The notes under the pieces: model-generated
What the model saw: the letters and a program-made list of their open reading frames with translations, nothing else
The model's database searches: none
Told to the model about the DNA's origin: nothing
Origin: an uncultured Saprospiraceae bacterium
GTDB taxonomy: Bacteria; Bacteroidota; Bacteroidia; Chitinophagales; Saprospiraceae
Reading direction: 5' to 3'
Assembly (NCBI GenBank): GCA_964580485.1
Contig: CAZOLU010000002.1
Location: forward strand, 1-32,682
DNA length: 32,682 nt
Shown here: positions 18,459 through 27,871 of the stretch, one piece after another
How positions within the stretch are numbered: the first letter of the stretch is position 1
Layout of the letters: each line of letters starts with the position of its first letter
Translations under genes and position numbers: made by a program

Positions 18459-19892
18459 ATGTGTGGAATAGTTGGATTTTATGGTGGTAAAACTGTGGTT
18501 TATGAATTGATGATGGGCATGAATGCCCTACAACATCGAGGACAAGACTCAGCAGGAATAATAACTTTTGAAAAAACCTTTCATGTAAAAAAAGGTTTGG
18601 GATTGGTGAGTAATGTCTTTGAGCAACGGCATGCAGATCGCTTAAAAGGAAATATTGGAGTAGGTCATGTGCGTTATACTACACATGGCACCAATGAAAT
18701 TATGAATGCTCAACCTATTGCAGCCAATTACCCTTTTGGAATTGCAATGGTTCATAATGGCAATGTAACCAACTTTGAAGAAATGCATGATATTCTTTAC
18801 AAAGAATATCATACCCTCCCTGCCACCACCAACGACCTAGAGCTGATCCTTTATACCTTTGCTTCGGAACTGAAGAATAATGATTTAGGAAACATCAAAG
18901 CAACACATATTTTTGATGCTGTTCGCAAAACACAGTCTAAAATTTATGGCGCTTATTCAGTGATTGCAGCGATTGCCAACCATGGATTGCTGGCTTTTTG
19001 TGATCCTAATGGTATTCGCCCCTTGGTGATGGGTAAAAAGGAGAAAGAAAGTGGTACTGTTTACGGATTTGCTTCAGAAACCGTCTGCTTTGATCACCTA
19101 GGTTATGAGATAGTGCGAGATTTAGAGCCTGGTGAAATTGTTTTTATAGATAATGAGGGGAAACTACACAGTTCGCAAGGGGAAAAGCGAGGTGCCAATT
19201 TTTGTATTTTTGAATTTATCTATTTTGCCCGAGAAGATTCTACCATTAAAGGAAAGTTGGTTGCTGGGCAACGTGTTAAAATGGGTCGAGCCTTAGCAAA
19301 AAAAGTACAAGCATTGGGGCTAAAGCCTGATATGGTGATAGATGTACCAACTTCTGGCTATTTTGCTGCTTCAGGCTTGGCGGAGGCGCTGAAAATACCG
19401 TATAAGAGGGGGTTAGTTAAAAGTAATTATATTGGGCGAAGCTTTATCTCTCCTAATCAGGGTGAGCGAGAGGCGATTGTTAAGCGAAAACTCAACCCCA
19501 TAGCCAAAACAATTGCAGGAAAAAAAATTGCTGTGGTAGATGACTCCATTGTACGTGGTACTACATCTAGACGAATTGTTCAAATTTTAAAGGACGCTGG
19601 TGCAGCAGAAGTGTATTTTATTTCGGCCGCACCCCCAGTGCTCAACCCCTGCATATATGGTATTGATATGTCTGTTACTACGGAACTGATCGCTGCTCAG
19701 AAGAGTTTAGAAGATATACAACAATATATCGGGGCCGACGCACTAATTTACCAATCATTAGAAGACTTAAAAGCACTATTCAGTGAGCTACCAACTTGCA
19801 TGGCTTGCTTGGATGGAATGTATCCGACCGAGGGTGCGGCAGAAGCTCTGCGCCTGATCGAGCAGGAACGTCTTGAGTCTGGAGGGCGTTGA
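18459..19892 (+). CDS. purF: Amidophosphoribosyltransferase (probable Fe-S type)
   Basis: N-terminal MCG nucleophile, LQHRGQD, GHVRY, HNGN, VDDSIVRGTT, PCIYGID, CMAC. Confidence 0.98.
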   Translation: MCGIVGFYGGKTVVYELMMGMNALQHRGQDSAGIITFEKTFHVKKGLGLVSNVFEQRHADRLKGNIGVGHVRYTTHGTNEIMNAQPIAANYPFGIAMVHNGNVTNFEEMHDILYKEYHTLPATTNDLELILYTFASELKNNDLGNIKATHIFDAVRKTQSKIYGAYSVIAAIANHGLLAFCDPNGIRPLVMGKKEKESGTVYGFASETVCFDHLGYEIVRDLEPGEIVFIDNEGKLHSSQGEKRGANFCIFEFIYFAREDSTIKGKLVAGQRVKMGRALAKKVQALGLKPDMVIDVPTSGYFAASGLAEALKIPYKRGLVKSNYIGRSFISPNQGEREAIVKRKLNPIAKTIAGKKIAVVDDSIVRGTTSRRIVQILKDAGAAEVYFISAAPPVLNPCIYGIDMSVTTELIAAQKSLEDIQQYIGADALIYQSLEDLKALFSELPTCMACLDGMYPTEGAAEALRLIEQERLESGGR

Positions 19893-19924
19893 AAAGAAAA
19901 TTAAGAAAGAGTAAAATAAAACTC

Positions 19925-19979
19925 TGAAAAAAAGAACTCCCCGTTTTGGAAATTCCAAAACGGGGAGTTCTTTTTTTCA
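19925..19979. terminator. Strong terminator of the pur operon (long perfect stem)
   Basis: TGAAAAAAAGAACTCCCCGTTTTGGA / TCCAAAACGGGGAGTTCTTTTTTTCA. Confidence 0.9.
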
Positions 19980-20017
19980 ACCATTTGGTTTTCAAATCAT
20001 TCTGAGAGTTAAAATAC

Positions 20018-20074
20018 TTTAAAACAAAATGTTTTAAAAAATTTTGTTTTAAGAAACATTTTGTTTTAAATTTG
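20018..20074 (+). promoter_or_regulatory. Promoter of the GH73 gene overlapped by a 17-bp inverted repeat (candidate operator)
   Basis: TTTG(20043-46)-N20-TAAATTTG(20067-74); TTTAAAACAAAATGTTT (20018-34) / AAACATTTTGTTTTAAA (20054-70). Confidence 0.6.
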
Positions 20075-20137
20075 CATTATACATAATGAATGCGATTGTG
20101 AACACATTTTCGATAACTACTTAAAAGTAAAATACTT

Positions 20138-21022
20138 ATGAACAGCAAAAACTTAACTCTTGTTAAAAATCAACTTCGTGCAGTTTGGTATAAAATTAAA
20201 TCCAACAACAAAAAAATTACACTAAACCTAGCAATTATTGGCATCTTAGTTTTTTTATTTAATACACGAGAATTATCATTTAAAGTATCTCTAGCATCTC
20301 CTGCTACAATTAGTACTGAAAAAATACCTCCCCGAACTGCAGAACCTCAAAAGGCCTCCTTATTCCCAGATCCTTTAGATTGGTGGGATGAAATTAAAGA
20401 AAAACAATCAACTATTGAAGATCGACTAAATCTCGCTAATCCAGCAACAGCAGTAGGTGCGGCTCTTACTGAAGATCAAAAAAAGGAAGCTGCAAAATAC
20501 TCTAATCTTGGTTTTGTTTTAAATCCTGGTTTGGCTAAAAAACTTGGCGTATCTCCTGAAGTTGTAGAATTTAAAAAGCAAAAGTGTTTAAGTTATATTG
20601 AAAAATACGCCCCAATCGCTATAGAAGAAATGGAACTCTATGGAATCCCCGCCAGTATTACCTTAGCGCAGGGTCTTGTCGAAAGTAATGCAGGAGATAG
20701 TCGCTTATCGGTAAACGAAAACAACCATTTTGGGATAAAGTGTAGATCTAAATGTTTAGGTTGTCGCTGTGCCAACTATACCGACGATGATAAATACGAT
20801 ATGTTTAGAATTTTTGAATCTCCCTGGTATAGTTTTAGAGAACATAGCAAATTATTAACAGGTAGTAGATACAAACATCTTTTAAAATTAGATATTACTG
20901 ATTATAAAAATTGGGCTCGCGGTTTACAAGCTGCAGGATATGCTACTAACAAGAAATACGCAAAAACACTTATTGCAGTTGTTGAAAAACTAGAGTTATA
21001 TAAGTATGACAAGATGAAGTAG
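20138..21022 (+). CDS. GH73 glucosaminidase-domain peptidoglycan hydrolase with N-terminal membrane anchor
   Basis: YGIPASITLAQGLVES, NNHFGIKC, WARGLQAAGYATNKKYA. Confidence 0.92.
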   Translation: MNSKNLTLVKNQLRAVWYKIKSNNKKITLNLAIIGILVFLFNTRELSFKVSLASPATISTEKIPPRTAEPQKASLFPDPLDWWDEIKEKQSTIEDRLNLANPATAVGAALTEDQKKEAAKYSNLGFVLNPGLAKKLGVSPEVVEFKKQKCLSYIEKYAPIAIEEMELYGIPASITLAQGLVESNAGDSRLSVNENNHFGIKCRSKCLGCRCANYTDDDKYDMFRIFESPWYSFREHSKLLTGSRYKHLLKLDITDYKNWARGLQAAGYATNKKYAKTLIAVVEKLELYKYDKMK

Positions 21023-21050
21023 CTAAAATTAGTAGTTGTCGCATATAACT

Positions 21051-21085
21051 CCCCAAAACCGAATTCATCGGGTTTGGGGTTTTTT
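21051..21085 (+). terminator. Intrinsic terminator
   Basis: CCCCAAAACCGA-loop-TCGGGTTTGGGG-T6. Confidence 0.75.
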
Positions 21086-21227
21086 CTTACCCTAGACAGA
21101 ATATAACTTAAATAGATACGAAATAGTGCAGTTCCCTTTTTTGCCCATTTCCCTGTAAAGTATATTTTTTTAGCTAACTTTAATTTGATAGACATAAACA
21201 CCTAAAAATATACGAAAAAATTGATAT

Positions 21228-22226
21228 ATGAAGCGTTTTTCTCTAGAGGCCATCATTTTTCTGTTGCTTCTCATCAGTCAGCACAGCTTTTCACAATTAA
21301 AACGGGGGCAAAAGTTCCTAAAAAAGCAACAATATGAGTTAGCTATTACCGCTTTTGAAAATGAAATATTTGGAAATAAGGAGTATATCGCCGTACAAGC
21401 AGAACACCACCTAGCCAAAATTTACTTCAATAAAAACTATGAGGGTTTTAGCTTAGAACGAGCTTATGAATATGCCAAAAGTGCTAAAAAACGTTGTACA
21501 CAACTTTCTAATAAGGAGCTCAGAAAGCTCCAAAAACAAGGGCTCAACACATTAACACTTGACCACCACAAACGCCAGATTGTTAATCAAGCCTATGCAG
21601 AAGCCAAAGCAGAAGATAGTTATGATGGCTACCAATATTTTCTACAAACCTATGATGGTCCAACACCCATTCAATTTGAAAAGGTGACTATTTGGAGGAA
21701 TCAAAAGGGATTAAAGAAAATGCAAGAAATAGACAGATTTAGCAGCTATGAAAATTTCAGAAAAAGTTATCTCGAGGATTTACAAAAATATACTCCAGGT
21801 GTTGATAGTGTTTTACAAATGGAAATGTTTGAGAGCTTTATTCAAGAAAATAGTTGGGGACAGTATGGGCGTTTCAAAGCTAAATATCCTAACAATGTTT
21901 ATGTAAAAGACTCGGTAGCTGCTGCCTATTATCGTCCAATTGCTACAAGTCCACGCATCTCAGATTTTAAAGATTTTATTATTGGATACCCCAATAGTAT
22001 TTTTGCCAGTCTTGCAGTTAAGCAAATTTACAAACTAACTATGCAGTATGATCGCTTAGGTGATTATGATTATTTTGTAAGAAGTTATCCTGACTTTAAA
22101 GGTATTGAGGCACTTTGGGAACGCTATTTGGAGTTATACCTCAAACAACAAGGTGCTAGTGCTGCTGAACAATTCCGCCAAAGCTACCCTAATGCCCCCC
22201 CCTCCATCGTAGAAAAAACCAAATAA
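21228..22226 (+). CDS. Secreted alpha-helical repeat protein of unknown function
   Basis: Signal peptide; recurring YxxFxxxYP motifs (YGRFKAKYPN, FKDFIIGYPN, YDYFVRSYPD, EQFRQSYPN). Confidence 0.7.
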   Translation: MKRFSLEAIIFLLLLISQHSFSQLKRGQKFLKKQQYELAITAFENEIFGNKEYIAVQAEHHLAKIYFNKNYEGFSLERAYEYAKSAKKRCTQLSNKELRKLQKQGLNTLTLDHHKRQIVNQAYAEAKAEDSYDGYQYFLQTYDGPTPIQFEKVTIWRNQKGLKKMQEIDRFSSYENFRKSYLEDLQKYTPGVDSVLQMEMFESFIQENSWGQYGRFKAKYPNNVYVKDSVAAAYYRPIATSPRISDFKDFIIGYPNSIFASLAVKQIYKLTMQYDRLGDYDYFVRSYPDFKGIEALWERYLELYLKQQGASAAEQFRQSYPNAPPSIVEKTK

Positions 22227-22227
22227 A

Positions 22228-23367
22228 ATGCAAAAAGCCGCCCAAACACTTATAATTTTACTTTGCTTGCTCACCCACCCCATCACACAACAAGCACAAC
22301 CCCTACAATTTTATCAAAATCAGTTTGAAAAAGCTAAAACAGAAGCACATAACAAACATCATATTTTGCTTGTGTATACTTATGCAGATTGGTGTGCTCC
22401 TTGTAAAATGATGGATAGGGAGGTCTTTCCAGCAACAGCAGTAGTTGATTTCCATAACAATCGATTTACTTGTTGTAAAATTGATGTAGAATCTAAAGCA
22501 GGAAAAGCATTTGAAAAAATCCACTCTGTAAATGCAGTTCCTACCCTATTTTATTTTGATAGTGATTTTAAACTTTTATATAAAAAGACAGGTGCAGCTT
22601 CCAGCCCCAATGAATTTATTACACACAGCCAAGCAGCACTTGATATCTCCAAAGCAGATAGGGTTTATGGTCTTATTGAAAATCCTAAAAGCCTGTTTTT
22701 GTATAGCTATTTTCTGAAAGAAGAAGGATTGGACTATAGTAGTTGTCTGAATCAATACCTCAACACCCAAGAAGATTGGTTTGCTCCAGATCCTATGCGT
22801 ATTATTCTTGATTTAGCAGAAGATAAAGATAGTTTAGCTATCAACCACTTTGTAACACATATTGATAGCTTTCAAGCCGTTTTTGGAATAGATAAGGTTC
22901 ATGAAAAACGTATGCTATTGGTTTTAGATCTCATCCTAGAATTTTTAGACAATAGTAATCAAAAGCCAGATTTTAACGAAGCTGCACCTATTTTCAAACG
23001 CTATTTTGGAGCAGAAGAATACTTGGAGCACCTCCTGCTTTTCAAATTTCGATACCATCAACAGCATGAGGATCGAGCAGCCATGCGCCAAACACTACAA
23101 CAATTCATCAAAGAAGTAGTAGCCTTGATGCCAGATGGAAAAGATAAAGCAATGGAATATATTCAGGCTGCGGCTACTTTTTATGATCTTTCAGAAGGAA
23201 AGGAAGAGCTACAACAACAGGCCTTTTTTTGGGGAGAACTTGCAGCACAGCTCCACTCCAGTTATGACATCTTCAACATCCTATCTATTTTGTATGAAAA
23301 TGCAGGCAACTCCTCCAAAGCAAAATATTATCAAAATAAAGCCCAAGACCTACTAAGAAAAGATTAA
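22228..23367 (+). CDS. Exported thioredoxin-fold protein with helical/TPR-like C-terminus
   Basis: Signal peptide, ADWCAPCKMM redox motif, cis-Pro motif VPT. Confidence 0.85.
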   Translation: MQKAAQTLIILLCLLTHPITQQAQPLQFYQNQFEKAKTEAHNKHHILLVYTYADWCAPCKMMDREVFPATAVVDFHNNRFTCCKIDVESKAGKAFEKIHSVNAVPTLFYFDSDFKLLYKKTGAASSPNEFITHSQAALDISKADRVYGLIENPKSLFLYSYFLKEEGLDYSSCLNQYLNTQEDWFAPDPMRIILDLAEDKDSLAINHFVTHIDSFQAVFGIDKVHEKRMLLVLDLILEFLDNSNQKPDFNEAAPIFKRYFGAEEYLEHLLLFKFRYHQQHEDRAAMRQTLQQFIKEVVALMPDGKDKAMEYIQAAATFYDLSEGKEELQQQAFFWGELAAQLHSSYDIFNILSILYENAGNSSKAKYYQNKAQDLLRKD

Positions 23368-23380
23368 GAGCTTAAAATCA

Positions 23381-23443
23381 ACGTTGAGCGTTAAGCGTTA
23401 AGCGTTGCACGTTGCACGTGCAACGTGAAAAGTTTAACGTGCT
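23381..23443. repeat. Heptad array 4 (nine 7-mers) upstream of the parA promoter
   Basis: acgttga gcgttaa gcgttaa gcgttgc acgttgc acgtgca acgtgaa aagttta acgtgct; 20-bp palindrome at 23408-23427. Confidence 0.8.
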
Positions 23444-23460
23444 ATAATCTTGAAATAAAC

Positions 23461-23491
23461 TTGAAAAAAGCTAGTTTTTATGGTATTTTTG
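23461..23491 (+). promoter_or_regulatory. parA promoter lying between two heptad arrays
   Basis: TTG-N20-TATTTTTG. Confidence 0.65.
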
Positions 23492-23524
23492 AATGGTAAA
23501 GGATTATTTAAAGGACTTTTTTGC

Positions 23525-23559
23525 ACGTTGCACGTGCAACTTGAAACGCTTAACGTTTA
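23525..23559. repeat. Heptad array 5 (five 7-mers) abutting the parA ATG
   Basis: acgttgc acgtgca acttgaa acgctta acgttta, then ATG. Confidence 0.8.
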
Positions 23560-24258
23560 ATGAGTAAAATTATTATTTTTGGAAATCAGAAAGGGGGAGT
23601 AGGCAAAAGTACCATCACCACACTTTGTGCCAATGCACTATCACAAGCCCCATTCAATCTCAAACTCTGTATCATTGACAATGATCGTCAGAAAAGTATT
23701 GTAGAAGCGCGAAACTTTGATTTAGAAGATTATGGAGAAGATGCTCCTTATGAGGTATTGGATATGAATTTAGAGCAACTTCAAAAAAACATCCACCACC
23801 TAGACCAGCAATATGACCTCATTTTTATTGATACTGCCGGTCGTCTTGATATCAGTATGGATATTCAACAACAAGAAATCACTAAAGCATTGATGTATGC
23901 AGACTACTTGTTTATTCCTTTCAAAGCTGGTAATTTCAATTTGGATGCAAGTTTAGAGTATCTAAAAATGGTAGCACAATTAAGTCAACTGAGATCTTCC
24001 AACGAACGACCACTACATTTTTATGGCTTTGTCAATATGTATCGAGATCGATCCAAAACCAATACAGATCTAATTATAGAAATAGAAAATTTGAAGTCTG
24101 CAGGAGTCAACTTTATGACAACACGCTTACGAAACTACACCCTTTTTGAAGACATTGATACCTTGAGTAGTTTGTATGATGTAAATTCTACAGACAAAGC
24201 TAAACTAAACTTCACCGTTTGGTTAAATGAATTTATAAAAACACTAAAAGATGAGTAA
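23560..24258 (+). CDS. parA: ParA-family partition ATPase (short, type Ib-like)
   Basis: Deviant Walker A NQKGGVGKST, IDNDRQ, Walker B IFIDTAG; no N-terminal HTH. Confidence 0.92.
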   Translation: MSKIIIFGNQKGGVGKSTITTLCANALSQAPFNLKLCIIDNDRQKSIVEARNFDLEDYGEDAPYEVLDMNLEQLQKNIHHLDQQYDLIFIDTAGRLDISMDIQQQEITKALMYADYLFIPFKAGNFNLDASLEYLKMVAQLSQLRSSNERPLHFYGFVNMYRDRSKTNTDLIIEIENLKSAGVNFMTTRLRNYTLFEDIDTLSSLYDVNSTDKAKLNFTVWLNEFIKTLKDE

Positions 24259-24592
24259 GAAGAGATCAAAAACAAGCGACTTTAGCTTAGAACTCAATAC
24301 TAAAAAAGGAGGAAAACTCCCTACACCAGAGGAAGTAGAAAAGACAATTGCGAAAGCTACTGGAAAAGAAAAAAAAGAAGCTCTAATATCCAAACCCAAA
24401 CGTATTCCTTTTACTACGGCTATTACTCCTGAACAGCGCGCAATATTAGAAGCATTGGCACTTGAAGGAAAGGAGTCTATTGCAGATATAGTTGGACTTG
24501 CCCTTGAGCATTATTTTAGTGAAGTTCGCACCTTAGAAAATGAAGAGATGAAAACCGTCTTTTTAAAAATTTTCGAGAAAAAGCTGAAATAA
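24251..24592 (+). CDS. Probable ribbon-helix-helix centromere-binding protein (ParG/omega-like partner)
   Basis: Overlaps the parA stop by 8 nt; flexible basic N-terminus, then strand RIPFTTAI, helix PEQRAILEALALE and helix SIADIVGLALEHYF. Confidence 0.65.
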   Translation: MSKKRSKTSDFSLELNTKKGGKLPTPEEVEKTIAKATGKEKKEALISKPKRIPFTTAITPEQRAILEALALEGKESIADIVGLALEHYFSEVRTLENEEMKTVFLKIFEKKLK

Positions 24593-24608
24593 GATAAACA
24601 TTATATTC

Positions 24609-24652
24609 AAAAGTGTCACGTTGCACTTGCAACGTGACACTTTTAACGCGCT
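24609..24652. repeat. Heptad array 6 embedded in a 17-bp-arm hairpin (likely also a bidirectional terminator)
   Basis: AAAAGTGTCACGTTGCA-CT-TGCAACGTGACACTTTT; heptads aagtgtc acgttgc acttgca acgtgac actttta acgcgct. Confidence 0.75.
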
Positions 24653-24672
24653 GTATAATTATCTTTTCCTTA

Positions 24673-25338
24673 TCAAAGCCCCGCAGTAGCAGCAGCTCCA
24701 GTCATTGTAGGAAAAATCTCTGCTAAAATAGGCTTCAAACCACTTAGGAAAAACTCCACTGCAATCACCATAACAATCAAGCCCATCAAGCGCAGCATGA
24801 TCTTATTGCCAGTTTCTCCAAGCATTTTAGATAGTGTAGAAGAAGCATGCAATACCAAGTAAGTAATCAACAAGATCAAAGCCATAACAGCAATTAAAAT
24901 TCCTTTTTGAACAAGATTATCTGCATCTTGCATCAAGATAATAGAGTTGGTAATTGCTCCAGGACCACAAATTAAGGGAATCGCTAAAGGAGTAATAGAC
25001 ACATCCGTTACATAAGACTTCACCTCCTCCTCTCTAACTTTCACACGCCCCAAACGCGCCTGTAGCATATCAGATCCCATTTGAAAGAAGATAATCCCTC
25101 CTACAATGCGAAAAGCATTGGCAGAAATACCAAAAAATGAAAATAGTAGCTGCCCTGATAGGGCAAAAGTGAGCATCGTCAAAAATGCTGCTAAGGTTGC
25201 CTTTCTTGCAGTAGCACGCTGAGCCTTTCGATCCAACTCACTAGTCATTGTCATGAAGACAGGCATAGTACTCAATGGATTCACGATTGAAAAATAAGAA
25301 GTGAATGCTAACAAAGCAAATGCAATATTTTCACTCAT
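24673..25338 (-). CDS. marC: MarC-family inner membrane protein
   Basis: SIVNPLS, FGISANAFRIVGG, PLAIPLICGPGAI, RLMGLI; six hydrophobic segments. Confidence 0.93.
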   Translation of the reverse strand: MSENIAFALLAFTSYFSIVNPLSTMPVFMTMTSELDRKAQRATARKATLAAFLTMLTFALSGQLLFSFFGISANAFRIVGGIIFFQMGSDMLQARLGRVKVREEEVKSYVTDVSITPLAIPLICGPGAITNSIILMQDADNLVQKGILIAVMALILLITYLVLHASSTLSKMLGETGNKIMLRLMGLIVMVIAVEFFLSGLKPILAEIFPTMTGAAATAGL

Positions 25339-25531
25339 TTTGATATGTTTTTTTAGTTGTTTGAGTTTAATTTAAATACAGAACAAATGTAGATCTTAGC
25401 AGCATCAAAACAGCTATTTTTTCTAAAAATTTATTATTTTTAGAAAATAAAACTATTTTAATGCCTTTAATTAGATAAATAGTAGTAAAAAGATCTCCCC
25501 AAAGCTCTTAAACAGAAAAAATTTCTATTTT

Positions 25532-25996
25532 ATGAAGTTAGATGATATTGACCTTCAAATTTTGATGCTTTTGCAGGAAAATGCCAAACTTACCAATAAA
25601 GAAATTGCAGCAAACCTGGGACTCACTACAACTCCTGTATACGAAAGAATTAAACGCTTGGAAAAACGGGGATTTATTAAAAACTATGTTGCTTTAGTGG
25701 ATCGGAGAAAAGTAGGAATGGGATTGATGGCATTTTTATCGGTCTCTTTAAAAGAACATTCCAAAAAAGCCTTGTTGAAATTTGAGCAAGAGATTATTCA
25801 ATTTCCTAAAGTATTGGAGTGCTACCATATTGCGGGACAGTATGATTTCATTTTGAAAATTATGGTTCGAGATATGCAAGATTATCACAATTTCACCTTC
25901 AACAAATTGGCAACCATGCACAATATAGGACATGTGCAAAGTGATTTTGTGATGAATGATATTAAGTTATCTACATCTATCCCTCTAAAGGATTAG
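25532..25996 (+). CDS. Lrp/AsnC-family transcriptional regulator, divergent from marC
   Basis: LDDIDLQILMLLQENAK HTH, ERIKRLE, ECYHIAGQYDFILK. Confidence 0.95.
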   Translation: MKLDDIDLQILMLLQENAKLTNKEIAANLGLTTTPVYERIKRLEKRGFIKNYVALVDRRKVGMGLMAFLSVSLKEHSKKALLKFEQEIIQFPKVLECYHIAGQYDFILKIMVRDMQDYHNFTFNKLATMHNIGHVQSDFVMNDIKLSTSIPLKD

Positions 25997-26003
25997 AAAA
26001 CAC

Positions 26004-27359
26004 TCAACCACTAATTGCTTTTGAATACTTAGTTTTGAGTTGTTTCATTTTGTAGTCATATTTGGCTTTTATAGAAGTAAATAAATCAGGATAGCGATCA
26101 ATCAGCCAATTAGCTACTTTTAACTTGAAAAATCGGTTATCGTTATAGTTTTCTACCAAGGTTTTTTGTTTATCATAATGATCAAACCAACGCCCTTCTA
26201 TTTGCTCAATAATTTCCGCTCTAAAACTATGCTCTGACAGCATCTCTTTAATTACAGATTGCTCCTCTTCATACTTGCTTAATTTTAGCTGTTCTAAGGC
26301 CTTCTTATATTCCTGTTCTAAGGCTCTTATTTTTTCTAGTTTTAAACGCTCTTCTTGCTGCTGTTCCTCTGCTATTTTTTTAGAATCTAAAACCTCCTCC
26401 TTTTTCAGTAATGCTACAAAATAAGCTGCCTTATCTTTGATGTTTTTTGTTGTTTTGGTAACCTCTATACAGGTTTTAACATGCTCCTCCCCCTTAGCTT
26501 CTAAAAACTTAAAAAAAGTAGTTTGGGTAACCCCCCAATCAGCTACCTCAGTATATAACTTAGCACTAGTATCAATTGAATCAAATTCTCCTGAATTAAG
26601 TGCCAACAATTCCTCCTTGGGAAGATCTTTAAGGTGAGGTTGATTGGGATTGGGAGCTATGTAAAAAATTAGCTCTGTAACCTTTCTTCGTTCCTTCTTT
26701 TCTTCATAGGTAAAAACCAAATCCGTATACTCCTCTAAGTCTTTCTGGGCTTTGTGTATAAACCGGCGTTTAAAATCGTAATAACGATCATATTCACCTT
26801 CCTCAATACACAATATTTTTCGCAACTGATTGATTTTAAAGCGTCTAAACCCAATTCTCTCATATTGTTTAAGCAATTTATAAATCCGCTTGGAATGCGA
26901 ACTCTGCATTTTCATCAAAAAAGAGATGTTGTATTGTGTAAAACGCTCTTTGAGTTGAAGTAAATAAGGCTTGAGCTTGGGATGCAACTCTACCACCACA
27001 TAAGAAGCCTCATCTTTACTGACCTCCCCATAAGCCGCTAACAAACCAGTAGTTAAAAGTCCCATATCATCTCCAAAACGATGGGGAATTGTAATTTTCT
27101 TTTTTCGTAAGGACTCTACTGCATCCCGAACAAAATTATAGACATTATTGGTACTTATCCCATACTTGTTCACCAGGTCCCGAATATAAATTTTATACTC
27201 TTTAAAATCCTCATCATTGGGTTTGATTTGAGCTAAAGTCATTAAGAAAATACGATCCTCCCAAATATCAAATTTATAGTTGGCCTCCACCAATTCGTTG
27301 GCTTCTCTTACTATAATTTCCTGCTCTTTATCCGACTTGTTTTCTCCTAAATGATCCAT
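26004..27359 (-). CDS. rep: Plasmid replication initiator, Rep_3 (winged-helix) family
   Basis: ANELVEANY, LKPYLLQLKERFTQY, SKRIYKLLKQY, YYDFKRRFIHKA pattern; iteron array directly upstream. Confidence 0.92.
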   Translation of the reverse strand: MDHLGENKSDKEQEIIVREANELVEANYKFDIWEDRIFLMTLAQIKPNDEDFKEYKIYIRDLVNKYGISTNNVYNFVRDAVESLRKKKITIPHRFGDDMGLLTTGLLAAYGEVSKDEASYVVVELHPKLKPYLLQLKERFTQYNISFLMKMQSSHSKRIYKLLKQYERIGFRRFKINQLRKILCIEEGEYDRYYDFKRRFIHKAQKDLEEYTDLVFTYEEKKERRKVTELIFYIAPNPNQPHLKDLPKEELLALNSGEFDSIDTSAKLYTEVADWGVTQTTFFKFLEAKGEEHVKTCIEVTKTTKNIKDKAAYFVALLKKEEVLDSKKIAEEQQQEERLKLEKIRALEQEYKKALEQLKLSKYEEEQSVIKEMLSEHSFRAEIIEQIEGRWFDHYDKQKTLVENYNDNRFFKLKVANWLIDRYPDLFTSIKAKYDYKMKQLKTKYSKAISG

Positions 27360-27401
27360 AATGTTATGAAAATTTGATGCAATAAAGCAATATAAAACTT
27401 A

Positions 27402-27431
27402 AAAACGACAACAAAAAAAACAAGTCGTTTT
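27402..27431. promoter_or_regulatory. Inverted iteron half-sites upstream of rep (candidate autorepression operator)
   Basis: AAAACGAC-N14-GTCGTTTT, about 45 nt upstream of the rep ATG. Confidence 0.5.
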
Positions 27432-27433
27432 AA

Positions 27434-27558
27434 GGTCCCAAATTTGTCGTTCGGGTCCCAAATTTGTCGTCCGAAGGTCCCAAATTTGTCGTCCGAAGGT
27501 CCCAAATTTGTCGTTCGAAGGTCCCAAATTTGTCGTCCGAAGGTCCCAAATTTGTCGT
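27434..27558 (+). repeat. Six tandem iterons (core GGTCCCAAATTTGTCGT, 22-bp period); replication origin
   Basis: Cores start at 27434, 27454, 27476, 27498, 27520 and 27542. Confidence 0.93.
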
Positions 27559-27604
27559 TTTTCAAATCTAGATCCTCGATAAATAAAGGGCTCCAGGCTG
27601 CCGA

Positions 27605-27770
27605 AAATAATAAAAACATTAAAATTAATAAAAAAACAACAACAGGGCGAAAAATGGAAAATTGGTGTTGTTTTGATAATTTTTTTTTCTTTTTCCTTTA
27701 AAAATCTTTTAAATATACGCAATACCTAAAATATAATCCTAAGAGTGTATTTTAGTTTTGAATATCTTTC
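27605..27770. other. AT-rich segment next to the iterons (candidate DNA-unwinding element)
   Basis: Long A and T tracts directly after the iteron array. Confidence 0.5.
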
Positions 27771-27871
27771 TAAGATCAGTCTTCTTTGAGTCATCTAGAA
27801 GAAAGAATTAAGGTTGAGTTCCAAACAAAAAACGCCCTAAAAAATATCAAAGTCAAGTTTTCTTGCGAAAA

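Noticed and set aside
27434-27558. Regular repeats that could be read as a CRISPR array
   Set aside because: The units are contiguous with only 3-5 nt between cores, there are no unique spacers and no cas genes, and the position next to rep fits iterons.
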